A stretch of DNA of 64,000 bases from a virus. The DNA lies in the IMG/VR virus record IMGVR_UViG_3300032224_000679, positions 1 through 64,000 of that record; one strand, given 5' to 3'. Under the pieces are notes generated by a model. It was given only the letters and a program-made list of their open reading frames with translations, ran no database searches and was not told the DNA's origin. Made by a program: the position numbers and the translations under genes. This document shows positions 26,501-36,033 of this stretch, piece after piece (position 1 is the stretch's first letter; each line of letters opens with the position of its first letter).

Positions 26501-29432
26501 ATCTTTAGGAGTTGTAGGAACATTAACTGGTACAACTATTAATGCTGCGACATTTGGTAATACTAGTGCTGTGTTTACTGGCGCAACATACACAGCAACC
26601 AATTCATTTAATGGCCCACTGAACGGAACATTGGGATCTGCAGGTGGAAATACAGCTATTGTTACAACACTAAGTGCCACAGGCAATGCCACAGTAAATG
26701 CATTAACGGTGAACAGTAGTGCAGTAGTTGGTACAACATTACAAGCATTGGGCGGCTTGCAAGCAACCCCAATTGGTAATGTAACAGCTAGCTCAGGTCA
26801 GTTTACCACAGTTTCAACAACAGGAAATATAACAACTGCGGCATTAACTACAAATAGCTCTGCAACCATTGGTTCAACTTTAGGCGTAACTGGAAACATT
26901 ACTGCCAGCAATTTAAATTTAACCAGCAATACTATTTCTTTTGCTAATTCAAGTATTGTACAAGTTAATCCTTTGGCTTTGGCTATTACAGGTGCGTATC
27001 AAATTGCTATTAAACCAGCGGGCGGTTCATACCAATGGACATTTAATAACGACGGTTCGTTAACTGGTCCGCAATATATCACTGCATTGGGTGGTATACA
27101 AGCAACACCAATTGGTAATGCTACTGCTAGTACAGGGCAGTTTACAACATTGTCAGCAACTGGTAATGTTACTGGTGCTGCATTAACTAGTAATGGAAGT
27201 ATCACAGCAGCCACTACATTGAGTGCGTTAGGCGGTATACAAGCAACACCAATTGGTAATGTAACAGCTAGCTCAGGTCAATTTACTACTGTTAGTGCAA
27301 CCGGAAATATCACAGCAAGTGCATTAACTATTAATAATTCAGTTACGGTTGGCACAACATTAGGTGTCACTGGTAATGCCACAGTTGGCAACATTCTTGC
27401 TAATGCATTTTATTTTGCAAATGGTGCTCCGTTTACTAGCGTAGGCGGAACAACGGGACAAATACAATACAATAACGCCGGTAACCCTGCAGGCGCAACA
27501 TACTTGACTTATGTTAGCGGTAATGGGCAGATTATTGCCAATGCAGGTATAAGTTCAACTAATACAGTAACTGGTACAATGGTAGTTACTGGAGGAGTTG
27601 GCGTCAGCGGTAACATTAATGCTGATGGATTGGCAGTAAATAACTCTACTACAATTGGATCTACATTAAGTGTAACTGGTAATGTAACATTATCAGCAAA
27701 TATCACTAGCCCAACAAATACTAATGTGACATTGGCCCCAGCTGGTACTGGTGTTGTATCAATTAAATCTAGCGTAGGCGGCGCAACTGGAATAGCAATG
27801 GGTACACCTACACAAGGTAACTTAACAAGTAATGCGGTTACATTAACAGCGGATAGTAGTATTACAAATAGTATTGCACAGTTAAATGTAGTATTAGGTA
27901 AATTAGTTCCAACAGCACCAAATAACTTCCCAAGCACTTTTACACTGACTGTTACCACAGCCACAGTTGGTCCGTATAGAATGGCTAATACAAGTCAAAC
28001 GGATAATACTAACAGCGGCGGCAAAACAGTTGCAGCAGGTACTAGTTTGAGTGTAATTCGTGGAAGCGGATACACAACAAGCACAATAGCCAACGTTGGA
28101 CCAGGCGACAGTGGCGTTCTTACTGGCTACAGAAACGGTGTAGCAGTAGGTAACGTTGCGCTAACTGGTAGTAGCAATGGTACATACAGTAACTTAGTAG
28201 TCCTAAACAATCAAGATTATCACAATGTGGTCAGCAGTGTATCTGCCGGTTTTTGGTATTCATTCTCAACGTATATGTCTGGTGTAGTACAACCAGGATG
28301 GAATGAAGTAAATATCAAACACAGTACAACAGCCAACACAAATATTCCTTATTGGTACTATGATTCAACTAGTCCGGGCACACCAACTTGGAGTAATGTT
28401 AATATAGCATTGGCTTCAAATAGCTCTACCTATAGTAGTACTATACCTCACTTGAACAGTAGTTCAATATTCACTTTAACTGCTAACGTTGCCAAATTAA
28501 GTGGAGATACATTCCCATCAAGTAACACATTTGTCACAGGCACAGCAGGTGGTGCAATTGCCGCACCAAGTAGTGTTACGTATGCCCAAGCAGTTGGTAT
28601 AACTTATCCGCTAGCACAAAATTTATATGTAAGTTCAGGCAGTGCTTATCTAAGCACCAATGCCGCAGTAGCCAGTGGATTTGGATCAAGCAGTACTGGT
28701 CCAAGTTTAACAGCAGATAACAGTTATTCAACAGCCTCACAATCGTTTACTACAGCATTAGGAAAAACAGTGTTGTACAAAACTGGAACAGCCAGCTCAA
28801 TGGAGGAAACCAGCATTACATTTGGTAGTACAGTGGGTACTGGATCAGGTTTAGCATTTAGAATTATTAATCCAGGCAGTGCAGACACTCCTACATACAC
28901 TGGTACAGAAGCAGCATTTGACAGTCAGAACAGTACACTACAAACTTATGATGCTACTATTGTCGCCGCAGTGCTTAAAAACGACACAACAAACTATTCA
29001 ACAGGATATTATCCAGTTGGTCCTAACCTAAGCGGACAAGGTGCATCACAGTACTTTACATTTAAGTTTATTCGCACATCTGTATCAAAATTTGATATTA
29101 GATTTACAGGAACCATAGCAGGCCTTTGGGTAGCACTGCCAGGTAGTACCATTGATTCTACTTCAACGTTGAATGGATGGTTGGATTTAAGTGTAGCATA
29201 TGGGGGCTCAGGTATACCTGGTGCAAACACTGGCGCAGGAGGCAATGGTAGTAATGGTGGCTCATTGGGAGGCACAGCACCATTGAATTCAGCACAAGTA
29301 AACAAAAACGTTACAGTAACATTCGGTACAGTAAGTTCATCGAGTACAGCAACTAACGAAATATACGTTAGAATAAAACTTACCGCAGGACAAACCGTAA
29401 CAGCATTATCATTACAGACAGCGAGTAACTAA
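23592..29432 (+). CDS. Giant repetitive fibre protein 2 (1946 aa)
   Basis: N-terminal domain MAISDTQKVDYLYKKLG shared with protein 3, repeat shaft, C-terminal domain shared with protein 1. Confidence 0.8.
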   Translation: MAISDTQKVDYLYKKLGYGVAKTDTSSVKSPSNEANASPLLIRGDTLWVNSGNVPASAPSSNTSIVAVYTGTAAIKTVNDGTSSTNRTWLTNLSDWIGSEFGATYQPRVWAAPAATANAAASGTRLFPDGSGNNDSWFFDPQAGILNFADTSVPTAVTGNVVFIEGYRYIGPKGVANATGNITFSNVTITNNFANANIFITPTGTGQLIVNSNLTANALTINNSATIGSTLGVTGNVTAPYFIGNIIGNVSGNLSAAGANTQVMFNDVGTIAGNTGLTFNKQTQVLSLTGNLVASGITANNSITAGTTLSAAGGIQNTPIGNVTASSGQFTTLSATGNVTGAALTSNGSITAITTLSALGGIQATPIGNVTASTGQFTTVSATGNVTGAALTSNGSITAITSLSALGGLQATPIGNVTPSTAIFTSQSTSGNATVNALTVNNSATVGGTLGVVGTLTGTAITTTGNVTAAGLTSNASITAGTTISAPAGLQATPIGNVTPSTATFTSAIVSGALSVGGNATVNALATNGSAVINTTLQAIAGIQNTPIGNLTPSTGNFTTLNASSGLTGSALTVNGVATVGSTLTVSGATTVNSLTSNGAVSGTTAQFTTINGSGNATLSGLNVNNSATIGTTLSANAGIQNTAIGNVTPSTGNFTTLGTTGNLTVSQLTVNTTATVGTTLGVGSNITVGVGTGGNITGANLISANSFTAAVSFNGPVNGTLGSAGGNTAIVTTLSATGNVTAAAVTSNSSITAATTISANAGIQNTAIGNVTPNTGNFTTLTASSVSISGNAIVGNLDVLGNVTYINSTITTILDPIIELNTSANGAPLSGSAPYDSGIKTHYWDGSADRQSFFGRANDSGFLEYYSNVISESGNIVTGTYGTIKTGNLLLTGNATIASTLNVQANTTVNALTVNNSGTFNTTLSALGGLQATPIGNVAPSTALFTSVGSSGNVTTSALTVNNSATIGSSLGVVGTLTGTTINAATFGNTSAVFTGATYTATNSFNGPLNGTLGSAGGNTAIVTTLSATGNATVNALTVNSSAVVGTTLQALGGLQATPIGNVTASSGQFTTVSTTGNITTAALTTNSSATIGSTLGVTGNITASNLNLTSNTISFANSSIVQVNPLALAITGAYQIAIKPAGGSYQWTFNNDGSLTGPQYITALGGIQATPIGNATASTGQFTTLSATGNVTGAALTSNGSITAATTLSALGGIQATPIGNVTASSGQFTTVSATGNITASALTINNSVTVGTTLGVTGNATVGNILANAFYFANGAPFTSVGGTTGQIQYNNAGNPAGATYLTYVSGNGQIIANAGISSTNTVTGTMVVTGGVGVSGNINADGLAVNNSTTIGSTLSVTGNVTLSANITSPTNTNVTLAPAGTGVVSIKSSVGGATGIAMGTPTQGNLTSNAVTLTADSSITNSIAQLNVVLGKLVPTAPNNFPSTFTLTVTTATVGPYRMANTSQTDNTNSGGKTVAAGTSLSVIRGSGYTTSTIANVGPGDSGVLTGYRNGVAVGNVALTGSSNGTYSNLVVLNNQDYHNVVSSVSAGFWYSFSTYMSGVVQPGWNEVNIKHSTTANTNIPYWYYDSTSPGTPTWSNVNIALASNSSTYSSTIPHLNSSSIFTLTANVAKLSGDTFPSSNTFVTGTAGGAIAAPSSVTYAQAVGITYPLAQNLYVSSGSAYLSTNAAVASGFGSSSTGPSLTADNSYSTASQSFTTALGKTVLYKTGTASSMEETSITFGSTVGTGSGLAFRIINPGSADTPTYTGTEAAFDSQNSTLQTYDATIVAAVLKNDTTNYSTGYYPVGPNLSGQGASQYFTFKFIRTSVSKFDIRFTGTIAGLWVALPGSTIDSTSTLNGWLDLSVAYGGSGIPGANTGAGGNGSNGGSLGGTAPLNSAQVNKNVTVTFGTVSSSSTATNEIYVRIKLTAGQTVTALSLQTASN

Positions 29433-29433
29433 C

Positions 29434-32400
29434 ATGGCAGTATCTGACGCACAAAAAGTTGACCTCTTATATAAAAAGTTATTTGGTGTTGCCAAGACTG
29501 ACAACTCTACAAATAAAGCGCCAAGTAACGAATCGATTGCTAGTCCAGCGTTTTTACGTGGCGATACAATTTGGACTCAGTCAACACTTATTCCAAACGT
29601 TGCAGCCAACGTATCTACTGTTGTACAAGGGTACACCGGCGGCGGTGCTGTACAATGTACAGCTGATACCACAACAACTCCTATTAGCACAGTATATCCA
29701 ACTTGGAAAACAAATTTAACTAATTGGGTTCCTCCAGAATTTGGTGCCACATATTTGGTAAAAGTTTATGCGGCTCCCACAGGACAAGCCAACGTTGAAG
29801 CCACAGGCACTCAATTATCTGCTGCTGGTTCGGGTGGTACAGGTGAATGGTATTTTGATCCAGTTGCGGGTGTACTAAACTTTATTGGACAAACAATACC
29901 TAGTGCATTGAGTAGTTCCAATGTAATTTACGTTGTTGGTTATAGATACATAGGCACCACCGGAGTCTCGTCTACATCCAATGTAACTGCTGGTAATATC
30001 AATATTGCTAATAATTCTATTATTAGTACAAACGCCAACGGCAATATTTTATTAACACCTAACGGTACTGGTAACGTACTAATTTCTAGTAATGCTACAT
30101 TAACTGGCAATGCTACAATTAACGGACTAACTGTTAATACCAGTGGAGTGTTTAACACTACATTACAAGCAAAAGCAGGTATACAAAATACACCAATTGG
30201 TAATGTCACCCCAAGCACAGCTATTTTTACTACAGAGAGTGTCAGCGGTAATAGCACAGTAAATGCATTAACAGTTAACACCAGCGCAGTTATAACTTCT
30301 ACACTACAATCAAAAGCAGGTATACAAAATACAGTTATTGGTAATGTAACACCAGCCGAGGGATATTTCACAAGCATCAGCACTACTCTTGACAGTATAA
30401 TGGGCGCCAACTTAACGGTTAACGGCAACTTAATTATTATTGGTAATACCATTACATCAGGATCTAATAATGTTAGCTTTACTGACAGTATTATCGAACT
30501 CCATACTTTACCTAATCTAGGAAACTTAACTTTCAATGATGGTAAAGACATCGGTATTAGATTCCATTATTATTTTACAGAAAACCAAGACGCCGCTTTA
30601 GTGTTGGCCAACGACACTGGTTTCTTAGAGTGGTATGGTGCGTTTGCGGCAGAAACAGCAAATAGTAATATTGGTGGTAATGCTACATACGGAACAATTA
30701 AATCAGGTGAATTGCTACTCGCCAACACCACAATATCCACATCAAGCTCAACTGGTGCGCTACGTGTAAGTGGTGGTGCAGGTGTAACTGGAAATATATA
30801 TGTTGGGGGACTGGGCCGATATTCAGGCGGATTACAAAATACACCAATTGGTAACGCAACACCGAGTACAGCACTATTCACTAGCGTTGGATCGAGTGGA
30901 AATATAACAGCATCAGCACTAACTGTTAATAATTCTGCCACAGTGGGCGGCACACTAGGCGTTACGGGAACAACTACCGCAGCCGCAATTACTGCTAGTG
31001 GTACAGTACAACCAAATGCTAATGCTAGTGTTGACTTTGGTACAACCGGTGCATATTGGAACAACGGATATATCAAAACATTAAATGCACCTAGTATAAC
31101 TGGTGTATTGCAAACAAACGCACAAACCAATATTACTTCAGTTGGTACACTGACTGGGCTAACATTAAGTGGTACGCTATTTGGTACAACCATCAATGCA
31201 GCCACAATTGGTAACAGCGGGGCAAACTTCTCGGGCGCAACCTACACAGCAACCAACTCATTCAATGGCCCGTTAAACGGAACATTGGGATCAGCGGGCG
31301 GAAATACTGCTATAGTCAGCACTTTAAGTGCTACTAGCAATGCCACAGTTAATGCATTGACTGTTAACAATAGTGCAACTATTGGCACAACATTGAATGT
31401 TACTGGTAATGTAATTTTTAATAGTAATTTAGGTATTGATGGTGGGCAAGTAACTATATTTGACAGTATCTTAGATTTACATACTTACAGTAATCTAGCT
31501 CCGTGGACTGTTGACGATGGAAAAGATATCGGCTTACGTATGCATTACTACAAAGGTGCCGATACGTTAGCATTCCTTGGAATAGAAAACACTACAAATA
31601 CACTACAATTTTTACAAAATGCCACTGAGACCAGTAGTAACGTGACTGGTACATTTGGTAATGTGCAGTTCGGTAGTTTAACATTATCAAACACTACTAT
31701 AAGTGCAAATACAACATCAGGCGCATTAATAGTATCGGGTGGTGTGGGTGTAAGTGGCAATTTAAACGTTGGCAATGCATTGTCTGTATCTGGAGGCATT
31801 CAAAATACCCCAATTGGTAATGCAACTGCATCAACTGGTCAGTTTACTACATTATCGGCAACTGGAAACTTAACTGCGGCAGCAGTAACCAGTAACGGAT
31901 CGATTACGGCTGTTACTACATTGAGTGCATTAGGTGGCATACAAGCAACTCCAATTGGTAATGTTGCACCAAGTACAGCATTGTTCACTAGTGTCGGGTC
32001 AAGTGGAAATACTACTGTATCTGCATTGACAGTCAACAATTCGGCAACGGTTGGGTCTACTTTGGGTGTTGTGGGAACTTTAACCGGTACAACTATTAAT
32101 GCTGCTACATTTGGTAATGCCAGTGCCGTGTTCACTGGTGCAACTTATACAGCAACTAATTCATTTAATGGACCACATAACGGAACATTGGGCAGTGCCG
32201 GTGGTAACACGGCTATAGTTACAACATTAAGTGCCACAGGCAATGTAACAGCAGCCGCAGTAACTAGCAATGGGAGTATAACCACAATCACTACTTTAAG
32301 TGCATTAGGTGGTATACAAGCAACTCCAATTGGTAACGTAACCGCTAGTTCAGGTCAATTCACTACAATAAGTGCTACAGGTAATGTAACTGGTGCTGGA

Positions 32401-35400
32401 TTAACAAGTAATGGATCAATTACCGCAATAACAACAGTAAGTGCTTTAGGTGGGTTGCAATCAACACCAGTTGGTAACGTTACTCCAAGTACAGGTAATT
32501 TTACCACATTAAGTACTACTGGTAATTTAACAGTATCACAATTAACAGTTAATACCACTGCTACAGTTGGTACAACATTAGGTGTTGGTAGTAACGTTAC
32601 TGTTGGTACTGGTACCGGCGGTAACATAACTGGTGCTAATTTAATATCAGCTAATTCATTTACTGCCGCAGTATCTTTTAATGGCCCATTAAACGGAACA
32701 TTGGGATCTGCAGGTGGCAACACAGCTATAGTTACAACACTAAGTGCAACAGGCAATGTAACTGCTGCCGCAGTAACCAGCAACGGATCAATTACTGCAA
32801 TTACTTCATTAAGTGCGTTGGGCGGTATACAAGCAACACCAATTGGTAATGTTACTCCAAGTACTGCATTATTTACATCTGTTGGATCGAGCGGAAACAT
32901 AACCGGAGCTGCTTTAACCAGCAACACCTCAATTACTGCAATTACTACACTAAGTGCTCTTGGGGGCATACAAGCAACTCCAATTGGTAATGTAACAGCT
33001 AGTTCAGGTCAATTCACTACAGTAAGTGCTACAGGAAATGTAACAGGAGCCGCAGTAACAAGCAATGGAAGTATAACAGCGATCACTACGCTAAGTGCAT
33101 TAGGCGGATTACAAGCAACACCTATTGGTAATGTTACTCCAAGTACTGCATTGTTTACTTCAATTGTATCCAGTGGTAATGCTACAGTATCAGCATTAAC
33201 TGTTAATAATTCTACAACAATTGGTTCTACATTAGGAGTAACTGGCGCTGGTATAATTTATGGCGGTTTGCAAAACACTCCTATAGGAAATTCAACAGCC
33301 AGCACTGGTGCATTCACTACTCTTTCTGCTAATTCATTATCAATTAGTGGTAATGCTGTAGTTGGTAATTTAGATGTATTGGGTAATGTAACTTATATTA
33401 ATAGTACAATCACCACAATAGTTGACCCAATCGTCGAATTGAATACAGGAGCAAATGGTGCACCGTTAAGTGGTAGTGCTCCGTATGACTCTGGCATCAA
33501 AACTCATTACTGGGACGGTTCAGCTGACAGACAATCATTCTTTGGTAGGACCAATGACACAGGCAATTTTGAATTCTATTCTAATGTTATTAGTGAAACT
33601 GGTAACGTCATTACTGGTACTTATGGTACAATTAAAACAGGAAATCTAACACTAACTGGCCTTGCTACTATTGCAAGTACATTGAATGTACAAGCAAATA
33701 CTACAGTAAACGCATTAACAATTAATAACTCTGCTACAGTTGGCGGCACATTAGGAGTTGTTGGTACATTAACTGGAACAACAATTAATGCAGCCACAAT
33801 TGGTAATGCTAGTGCGGTGTTTACAGGCGCAACATACACAGCGACTAATTCATTCAATGGACCACATAACGGAACATTGGGATCTGCAGGTGGTAACACA
33901 GCTATAGTTACAACACTAAGTGCAACAAGTAACGTAACTGCTGCCGCGGTGACCAGCAACGGATCAATTACCGCAGTTACCTCATTGTCTGCATTAGGTG
34001 GTTTACAAGCAACACCAATTGGTAATGTTACTGCAAGTACAGGTCAATTTACTACTGTCAGTGCAACAGGTAACGTAACTGGAGCTGCTTTAACTAGTAA
34101 CGGATCAATTACAGCGATTACCACAGTAAGTGCTCTCGGTGGATTACAAAACACACCAATTGGTAATGTAACACCTAGTACTGCATTGTTTACATCTGTT
34201 GGATCGAGCGGAAACATAACTGGAGCTGCCTTAACCAGCAACACCTCAATCACAGCAGTTACTTCATTAAGTGCATTAGGCGGTATACAATCAACACCAA
34301 TTGGTAACGTTACTCCGAGCACAGCAACTTTCACAAGTCAAAGCACTAGCGGAAATGCCACAGTCAATGCGTTAACTGTTAATACCAGTGCAGTAGTTGG
34401 TACAACTCTACAAGCCGCAGGCGGATTACAGAATACTGTAATTGGTAACATTACACCAAGTACAGCAACTTTCACAAGTCAGAGTACCAGTGGAAATGCC
34501 ACAATCAATGCGTTAACTGTAAATGGCAGTGCTACAGTTGGTACAACATTAAGTGCTACGGCAGGTATTCAAGCAACACCTATAGGCAATGTTACAGCAA
34601 GTACTGGGCAGTTTACAACATTATCAGCTACTGGTAATATTACTGCTGCTGCCTTAACTAGTAACGGAAGCATAACAGCAGTTACTACAATAAGTGCATT
34701 GGGCGGATTACAATCAACACCAATTGGTAATGTTACACCAAGTACAGCACTGTTTACTTCGGTTGGCTCAAGTGGAAATATTACAGCATCTGCACTTACA
34801 GTTAATAATTCGGTGACTATTGGTACAACACTGGGTATTACTGGAATAACCACTGCCAGTGGTACAGTACAACCAAATGCCAATGCCACAGTCAACCTGG
34901 GCACTACCAGTGCATATTGGAACAATGCTTATATTGCCGCACTAAATGCTCCAAGTATCACGGGTGTATTACAAACCCCTGGACAACCAAATATTACTTC
35001 AGTCGGTACGCTAACTGGATTAACACTAAGCGGTACGCTAACTGGCACAACAATTAATGCTGCCACATTTGGTAACAGTGGTGCAGTATTCACAGGTGCT
35101 ACATACACAGCAACTAACTCGTTTAATGGGCCACATAACGGAACATTGGGCTCAGCTGGTGGTAATACTGCTATCGTTACGACACTAAGCGCAACTGGTA
35201 ATGTAACCGGTGCTGCCTTAACCAGCAATGGATCAATCACAGCAGTAACAACTTTAAGTGCAGCAGGTGGTATACAAGCAACACCAATTGGTAATGTCAC
35301 CCCAAGTACTGGTAATTTTACCACACTAAATGCCAGCAGTAATGTAACAGTATCTGCTTTAACAGTAAATGCGTCTGCTACTATTGGGACTACATTGGGG

Positions 35401-35754
35401 GTCACAGGCAATGCTACGGTTGGTAATATTTTGGCTAACGCATTCTACTTTGCCAACGGAGCTCCGTTTACTAGTGTGGGCGGTATATCGGGGCAGATTC
35501 AATACAACAATGCAGGTAATCCTGGTGGTGCAACATATCTAACATATTTAAGCGGCAATGGTCAAATCATAGCTAACAGCGCCATTGTAAGTACCAGCAA
35601 TGTAACTGGAGCAATGGTTGTTACAGGTGGGGTGGGTGTAAGCGGTAATATATATGTTGGACAACGTGTGGGCTTTGTTGCAGCCAACAGCGTGAGTGCA
35701 GTTTACCAAATCTACAATGCAGCCACAAATAGTTTAGATACTATATTTGGATAA
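29434..35754 (+). CDS. Giant repetitive fibre protein 3 (2106 aa)
   Basis: N-terminal MAVSDAQKVDLLYKKLFG; shaft with about 18 TP[IV]GN-type repeats; nearly uncharged. Confidence 0.8.
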   Translation: MAVSDAQKVDLLYKKLFGVAKTDNSTNKAPSNESIASPAFLRGDTIWTQSTLIPNVAANVSTVVQGYTGGGAVQCTADTTTTPISTVYPTWKTNLTNWVPPEFGATYLVKVYAAPTGQANVEATGTQLSAAGSGGTGEWYFDPVAGVLNFIGQTIPSALSSSNVIYVVGYRYIGTTGVSSTSNVTAGNINIANNSIISTNANGNILLTPNGTGNVLISSNATLTGNATINGLTVNTSGVFNTTLQAKAGIQNTPIGNVTPSTAIFTTESVSGNSTVNALTVNTSAVITSTLQSKAGIQNTVIGNVTPAEGYFTSISTTLDSIMGANLTVNGNLIIIGNTITSGSNNVSFTDSIIELHTLPNLGNLTFNDGKDIGIRFHYYFTENQDAALVLANDTGFLEWYGAFAAETANSNIGGNATYGTIKSGELLLANTTISTSSSTGALRVSGGAGVTGNIYVGGLGRYSGGLQNTPIGNATPSTALFTSVGSSGNITASALTVNNSATVGGTLGVTGTTTAAAITASGTVQPNANASVDFGTTGAYWNNGYIKTLNAPSITGVLQTNAQTNITSVGTLTGLTLSGTLFGTTINAATIGNSGANFSGATYTATNSFNGPLNGTLGSAGGNTAIVSTLSATSNATVNALTVNNSATIGTTLNVTGNVIFNSNLGIDGGQVTIFDSILDLHTYSNLAPWTVDDGKDIGLRMHYYKGADTLAFLGIENTTNTLQFLQNATETSSNVTGTFGNVQFGSLTLSNTTISANTTSGALIVSGGVGVSGNLNVGNALSVSGGIQNTPIGNATASTGQFTTLSATGNLTAAAVTSNGSITAVTTLSALGGIQATPIGNVAPSTALFTSVGSSGNTTVSALTVNNSATVGSTLGVVGTLTGTTINAATFGNASAVFTGATYTATNSFNGPHNGTLGSAGGNTAIVTTLSATGNVTAAAVTSNGSITTITTLSALGGIQATPIGNVTASSGQFTTISATGNVTGAGLTSNGSITAITTVSALGGLQSTPVGNVTPSTGNFTTLSTTGNLTVSQLTVNTTATVGTTLGVGSNVTVGTGTGGNITGANLISANSFTAAVSFNGPLNGTLGSAGGNTAIVTTLSATGNVTAAAVTSNGSITAITSLSALGGIQATPIGNVTPSTALFTSVGSSGNITGAALTSNTSITAITTLSALGGIQATPIGNVTASSGQFTTVSATGNVTGAAVTSNGSITAITTLSALGGLQATPIGNVTPSTALFTSIVSSGNATVSALTVNNSTTIGSTLGVTGAGIIYGGLQNTPIGNSTASTGAFTTLSANSLSISGNAVVGNLDVLGNVTYINSTITTIVDPIVELNTGANGAPLSGSAPYDSGIKTHYWDGSADRQSFFGRTNDTGNFEFYSNVISETGNVITGTYGTIKTGNLTLTGLATIASTLNVQANTTVNALTINNSATVGGTLGVVGTLTGTTINAATIGNASAVFTGATYTATNSFNGPHNGTLGSAGGNTAIVTTLSATSNVTAAAVTSNGSITAVTSLSALGGLQATPIGNVTASTGQFTTVSATGNVTGAALTSNGSITAITTVSALGGLQNTPIGNVTPSTALFTSVGSSGNITGAALTSNTSITAVTSLSALGGIQSTPIGNVTPSTATFTSQSTSGNATVNALTVNTSAVVGTTLQAAGGLQNTVIGNITPSTATFTSQSTSGNATINALTVNGSATVGTTLSATAGIQATPIGNVTASTGQFTTLSATGNITAAALTSNGSITAVTTISALGGLQSTPIGNVTPSTALFTSVGSSGNITASALTVNNSVTIGTTLGITGITTASGTVQPNANATVNLGTTSAYWNNAYIAALNAPSITGVLQTPGQPNITSVGTLTGLTLSGTLTGTTINAATFGNSGAVFTGATYTATNSFNGPHNGTLGSAGGNTAIVTTLSATGNVTGAALTSNGSITAVTTLSAAGGIQATPIGNVTPSTGNFTTLNASSNVTVSALTVNASATIGTTLGVTGNATVGNILANAFYFANGAPFTSVGGISGQIQYNNAGNPGGATYLTYLSGNGQIIANSAIVSTSNVTGAMVVTGGVGVSGNIYVGQRVGFVAANSVSAVYQIYNAATNSLDTIFG

Positions 35755-35756
35755 TT

Positions 35757-35984
35757 ATGGCAACAATAGCAACTAGAATTACTGCTGACGGGATATTCTA
35801 CTCTCGAGGGGAATTAGACGAAGTCACAAAGACTACGATAAGTGTCACGCCAAATAATGTATTTGCGGCTCAATTTGACGAAGTTAGTATAAGTCCTGTT
35901 AGCAACGGACTTGCCAAAAGAGAATATTTCAATGGTAATTTGCAAGTGGGTGGATATTTTGATGAGGTAACTGGGATTACTTAA
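35757..35984 (+). CDS. Small protein with three [FL]DEV[TS] repeats (fibre-associated)
   Basis: ELDEVT, QFDEVS, YFDEVT within 75 aa; 2 nt after the protein 3 stop. Confidence 0.65.
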   Translation: MATIATRITADGIFYSRGELDEVTKTTISVTPNNVFAAQFDEVSISPVSNGLAKREYFNGNLQVGGYFDEVTGIT

Positions 35985-36021
35985 TGGTTTTGTGTCGCAT
36001 TTGGCACTTTAAAAGTTCGAA

Positions 36022-36027
36022 TAAATA
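36022..36027 (+). promoter_or_regulatory. Late promoter motif TAAATA, 6 nt before ATG
   Basis: TAAATA-taaaat-ATG(36034). Confidence 0.65.
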
Positions 36028-36033
36028 TAAAAT

